Part shown: in pieces, positions 26,572-29,570 of the stretch
Position numbering within the stretch: position 1 is the stretch's first letter
Layout of the letters: each line of letters starts with the position of its first letter
IMG/VR virus record: IMGVR_UViG_3300037991_002586
Coordinates: 1 to 29,570 of that record
Origin: a virus
Taxonomy: Duplodnaviria > Caudoviricetes
Reading direction: 5' to 3' (one strand)
DNA: 29,570 nt
The notes under the pieces: model-generated
Seen by the model: only the letters and a program-made list of their open reading frames with translations
The model's database searches: none
What the model was told of the DNA's origin: nothing
Made by a program: the position numbers and the translations under genes

Positions 26572-28123
26572 CTATTCTTATGTTTGAAATTATACAATCA
26601 GCTGATATAATAGTAGAAACTACACTAGCAGCATTTATCAAAGCGGTTTTAGTTACAAGCACCGGATCAATAATACCAGCTTCTACCATGTTAACTGAAT
26701 CACCTGTTACAACATTTACACCCATACCTTCATCTACAGAGGTTTGTGGGTCAAGGCCTGCATTATGCATAATTGTTTTAAACGGAGACTGTATAGCATC
26801 GAGAAGTACTTGTTCACCGACCGCGTCGGTCGAAATTTTTTGAGAAGCATTAAGGAGGGCTATACCGCCCCCTGGAACTATACCTTCTTTCAAAGCTGCC
26901 TTAGTAGCGTGTATAGCATCATCAACCCTGTCTTTCTTTTCTTTTAACTCTACTTTAGAGTTAGCACCTACTTTAATAATAGCTACTGATCCAGTTAATA
27001 TAGCAAGTCTATCTTCTAACTTTCTTTTAATAAAGCCATTGTCTTTTTCTTCTGCTATAAGCTTAACAACAGAGTCTATACGCTCTTCTATGTTTTCGTT
27101 CATTTCACCTAAAGTAATAACAGTACTCTTGTCGTCTGTTACAACTCTTTCTACTTCACCTAAATCATCTGGCGTCATAGCATCTAAGTCATCGCCAAGC
27201 TCTTCATTAAATAAAGTAGCGCCTGTTAATATAGCTACATCTTCACAAGTGTCTTTCTTTGTAGGTCCAAAACCTGGAGGATCGATAATATTTACTTTAA
27301 TATTACCTTTCACCTTATTCATTAACAGCGCTGACTTTACTTGCTGAGATACTTTACCTATAATAAGCAAAGATCTATTGTTTTGTATTACAAACTCTAG
27401 TATACTTTGTATTTTACGTATATTAGGTATTTCAGACATGCATATTAACACTAGAGGTTTTTCTAGTTCACATCTTTGTTTGTCTTGGTTTGTAATAAAA
27501 TGAGGAGAAGTTAGCTTACATCCTAGCTGAACACCGTCTACAGTGTCAACAAATGTTTCGTCTGTGCCAGAAGACTCCATGAGTACTACGCCGTCTTTAC
27601 CAACTTTGTTATAAGCTTCTGCTATAATAGAACCTAGATCTTTATCGTTGTTGCAACTAATAGTAGCTACGTTGTTTAACATGTTATCGTCAACTTGTAT
27701 AGTAATAGTATCTAAGTATTTAATAACTTTGTCTACAGCAGAGTCAATACCTTGCTTAATTTCTCTAGTGGAAGACTTAGCTAGGCCTTTATATACGTTT
27801 TTTAGTATAGCTTCAGCTAAAACAGTAGCAGTAGTTGTACCATCACCGGCTTCACTAACGGTTTTTTGCGCCGCTTCTTTAATAAGTGTGGCTCCGATGT
27901 TCTCTACAGGGTCTTGAAGTACTACAGACTGCGCTACAGTAACGCCATCTTTAGTAATAACAGGCTTTCCGCGTCCATCTTCGTAGATTACGCACTTACC
28001 TGAAGCTCCGAGAGTTGATTTAACTGCTTTTGCTAGCTTTTCTACGCCAGAAGTTAGCGCATTTTTTGCGTCATCGCCAAAATTAAGCTCTTTGACGATC
28101 TCGCTAGGGAGATTATATTCCAT
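26558..28123 (-). CDS. groEL: Chaperonin GroEL (521 aa)
   Basis: ITKDGVTVA, AGDGTTTATVLA, PGFG, KVGANSKVELKEKKDRVDDA, EGIVPGGG and GIIDPVLVTKTAL motifs. Confidence 0.97.
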   Translation of the reverse strand: MEYNLPSEIVKELNFGDDAKNALTSGVEKLAKAVKSTLGASGKCVIYEDGRGKPVITKDGVTVAQSVVLQDPVENIGATLIKEAAQKTVSEAGDGTTTATVLAEAILKNVYKGLAKSSTREIKQGIDSAVDKVIKYLDTITIQVDDNMLNNVATISCNNDKDLGSIIAEAYNKVGKDGVVLMESSGTDETFVDTVDGVQLGCKLTSPHFITNQDKQRCELEKPLVLICMSEIPNIRKIQSILEFVIQNNRSLLIIGKVSQQVKSALLMNKVKGNIKVNIIDPPGFGPTKKDTCEDVAILTGATLFNEELGDDLDAMTPDDLGEVERVVTDDKSTVITLGEMNENIEERIDSVVKLIAEEKDNGFIKRKLEDRLAILTGSVAIIKVGANSKVELKEKKDRVDDAIHATKAALKEGIVPGGGIALLNASQKISTDAVGEQVLLDAIQSPFKTIMHNAGLDPQTSVDEGMGVNVVTGDSVNMVEAGIIDPVLVTKTALINAASVVSTIISADCIISNIRIDEGS

Positions 28124-28151
28124 TTTATTAAATTAAATTAGTGTTTTGCTT

Positions 28152-28445
28152 TTATTTAAAAGATTTTACTACTTTAGGGCCTTTTAAAGCCTCTAGTTTC
28201 TTAGTAAAATGTTCGATACTACCATCTATAGCAGCTTCTGCGCCCTCAATAGTCTCTCGACGCGTAACGTCATGCCATTTTTCAGGGTCGTCTACGCCAC
28301 ATATCTCAGTCTGGTAGTAACCGTTTGCTAATTGAGTGATACGCCAGTTGCCTTTTTGTGCTAAGTGGTTCCACTCTTTGATGTTTTCCTCATTTGGTCG
28401 AGGGTTTCCAGTGTATGTACTGGTTTTGTAAAATAAATAGGTCAT
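28152..28445 (-). CDS. Hypothetical phage protein (97 aa)
   Basis: Intact ORF with globular composition (WRITQLANGYYQTE...WHDVTRRETIEGAEAAID). Confidence 0.75.
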   Translation of the reverse strand: MTYLFYKTSTYTGNPRPNEENIKEWNHLAQKGNWRITQLANGYYQTEICGVDDPEKWHDVTRRETIEGAEAAIDGSIEHFTKKLEALKGPKVVKSFK

Positions 28446-28506
28446 TGGTTTTTGTTTATTGGTTAATTACTATGGTTAGTATCTCTTGTTTTTTAGTTTA
28501 TTTAAA

Positions 28507-29076
28507 CTAACAGCCTAATCTCTTGCTTCCAGGCGTACAGAATTTTCTAACTTTATCTTTACTTCTTTGGAATTTACGCTTGATCTTTCTACGTTTTGTT
28601 TTACTTATTAGAGTAGGAGGTTTACCTTTGCCTTTACCTGGAGTTCTAGGAGGTTTTACAGGTTTTAGCTCTGTAGGAACCATGCCTTTGTCAGTTGAAG
28701 TAATTAACTGAGCTGGCTTTTTAGGTATTGTTGGAACTATGTCCATCTTTTCTGTTCTCGATGTTCTTGATAATGGCTCTACTTTAGTGTTTGCAGCTCT
28801 ATACCTAGCGTCTGCGGCTGCTCTTTCAGATTTAGACATAGAAGCGTATGCAGCATCACCTTCTGGAGTTTTAGTAGGAGGAGTGTAAGTAGTCTTTGTA
28901 CCTTTTTGAGTAGTCTCTGTTATAGTTTTTTCTTTTTCTCTGAAAGTTTTAGTTACAGGATCATCATACTGTATAGTAATTTTCTTTTTGTCGTCATCAA
29001 CGTTTTTAATTGGGTTACTATAGTTAAGCGCTGATCCGTAGTTTTTGCGCATTGGACTAATCATTTTAAAAGGCAT
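28507..29076 (-). CDS. Basic Thr/Pro/Lys-rich protein with MPFKMISPMRK leader (189 aa)
   Basis: First gene of the minus-strand unit. Low-complexity body with a very basic C-terminus carrying two Cys. Confidence 0.7.
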   Translation of the reverse strand: MPFKMISPMRKNYGSALNYSNPIKNVDDDKKKITIQYDDPVTKTFREKEKTITETTQKGTKTTYTPPTKTPEGDAAYASMSKSERAAADARYRAANTKVEPLSRTSRTEKMDIVPTIPKKPAQLITSTDKGMVPTELKPVKPPRTPGKGKGKPPTLISKTKRRKIKRKFQRSKDKVRKFCTPGSKRLGC

Positions 29077-29092
29077 GTCTATCTTTTTGTGT

Positions 29093-29112
29093 TACTATAG
29101 TAATATTACACG
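29093..29112 (-). promoter_or_regulatory. Candidate phage late-promoter motif (GTGTAATA-TA-TAT)
   Basis: Minus strand CGTGTAATATTACTATAGTA just upstream of the ATG at 29076. Matches 7131-7150. Confidence 0.4.
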
Positions 29113-29141
29113 AACGCTAGAAGTATTAAAGTAAAGCGTAG

Positions 29142-29169
29142 CCCCCACCCCCCTCCCCCCTCCCGCCCC
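29142..29169 (-). other. G-quadruplex-forming motif (i-motif on the plus strand)
   Basis: Minus strand GGGG C GGG A GGGGGG A GGGGGG T GGGGG: five G-tracts with 1-nt loops in the strand-switch intergenic region. Confidence 0.7.
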
Positions 29170-29318
29170 GCTCAAAACGTATATATATACAGCCACCTCG
29201 GCCATATCTTTTTTGCTTTGTGTAAATGTTTTTGCGTTTTTGTATACGTCAATGCATTATATACTAACTAACTAAATTTATAAATGGATAATAATTATGA
29301 ATTTAAAATTAATATAAT

Positions 29319-29531
29319 ATGAATGTAAATAAAAATAGATTTATAATATCTAAAACAATGATTGGTAAGAATTTAATTATAACATTTACCAACAAGAAAA
29401 ATGAAACATATACTTATGAACATGATGCAGTGTACTCACTCAATCAAGAAAAGTTGGAAACTATGGAATGTTTTCAGAAGTATGGAAATTACACTAACAG
29501 TAATAAAATACCAAAGTGGGCAGTTGTATAA
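29319..29531 (+). CDS. Hypothetical protein (70 aa), first gene of the oppositely oriented (probably early) region
   Basis: ATG after an AT-rich TAATATAAT context. It is the only plus-strand ORF not lying antisense to a longer gene. Confidence 0.65.
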   Translation: MNVNKNRFIISKTMIGKNLIITFTNKKNETYTYEHDAVYSLNQEKLETMECFQKYGNYTNSNKIPKWAVV

Positions 29532-29570
29532 ACTGTGACAATTGCCTACTACTATACTTTACTTAACTAC

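Noticed and set aside
503-27917. Many plus-strand ORFs of 60-121 aa in the track (e.g. 3136-3501, 4259-4501, 27039-27347)
   Set aside because: They lie antisense to long minus-strand genes and have the Ser/Leu/Phe-rich composition typical of shadow ORFs.
29077-29318. Bacteroidota housekeeping promoter (TTTG ... TAnnTTTG)
   Set aside because: TTTG units are present, but I found no exact TAnnTTTG on either strand.
1-29570. Stop-codon reassignment as seen in some crAss-like phages
   Set aside because: Genes are full length and tightly packed under the standard code, and TAA, TAG and TGA all serve as stops.
1-29570. CRISPR array, tRNA, intron/intein, integrase, tape-measure or sheath genes
   Set aside because: I saw no spaced repeats, cloverleaf structures, interrupted core genes or such motifs by eye. 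Intergenic space is minimal.

Overview
AT-rich segment of a tailed dsDNA phage, most likely a podovirus of Bacteroidota/Flavobacteriia with crAss-like or Cellulophaga phi38:1-like gene order. The host and taxonomy are inferred from gene content and Shine-Dalgarno-less, A-rich start contexts. Almost the whole window (1-29076) is one tightly packed minus-strand morphogenesis region. In transcription order it holds: small basic and unknown proteins, groEL-groES, a winged-helix protein, small proteins with a shared leader-like motif plus an HExxH metallopeptidase, a holin-like protein, a tandem GroES-like protein, putative terS, terL, portal, scaffold, major capsid protein, two neck/ring proteins, a 1906-aa tail nozzle protein, a cupin, two probable ejection proteins, and a giant (>1494 aa) internal virion protein. 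The giant gene is missing from the ORF track because it runs off the left edge. At about 29.1 kb the strand switches across an intergenic region with a striking poly-G/C tract. The most notable observations are: (1) a canonical -1 frameshift cassette (G_GGA_AAC, 7-nt spacer, GC stem) at codons 38-39 of the giant gene, which would give a 75-aa Cys-containing protein; (2) a three-component chaperonin set of GroEL, GroES and a double-GroES protein; (3) a family of small proteins with a shared basic leader and SP[LMI]K-like motif next to a zincin peptidase; (4) a five-tract G-quadruplex motif at the strand switch.
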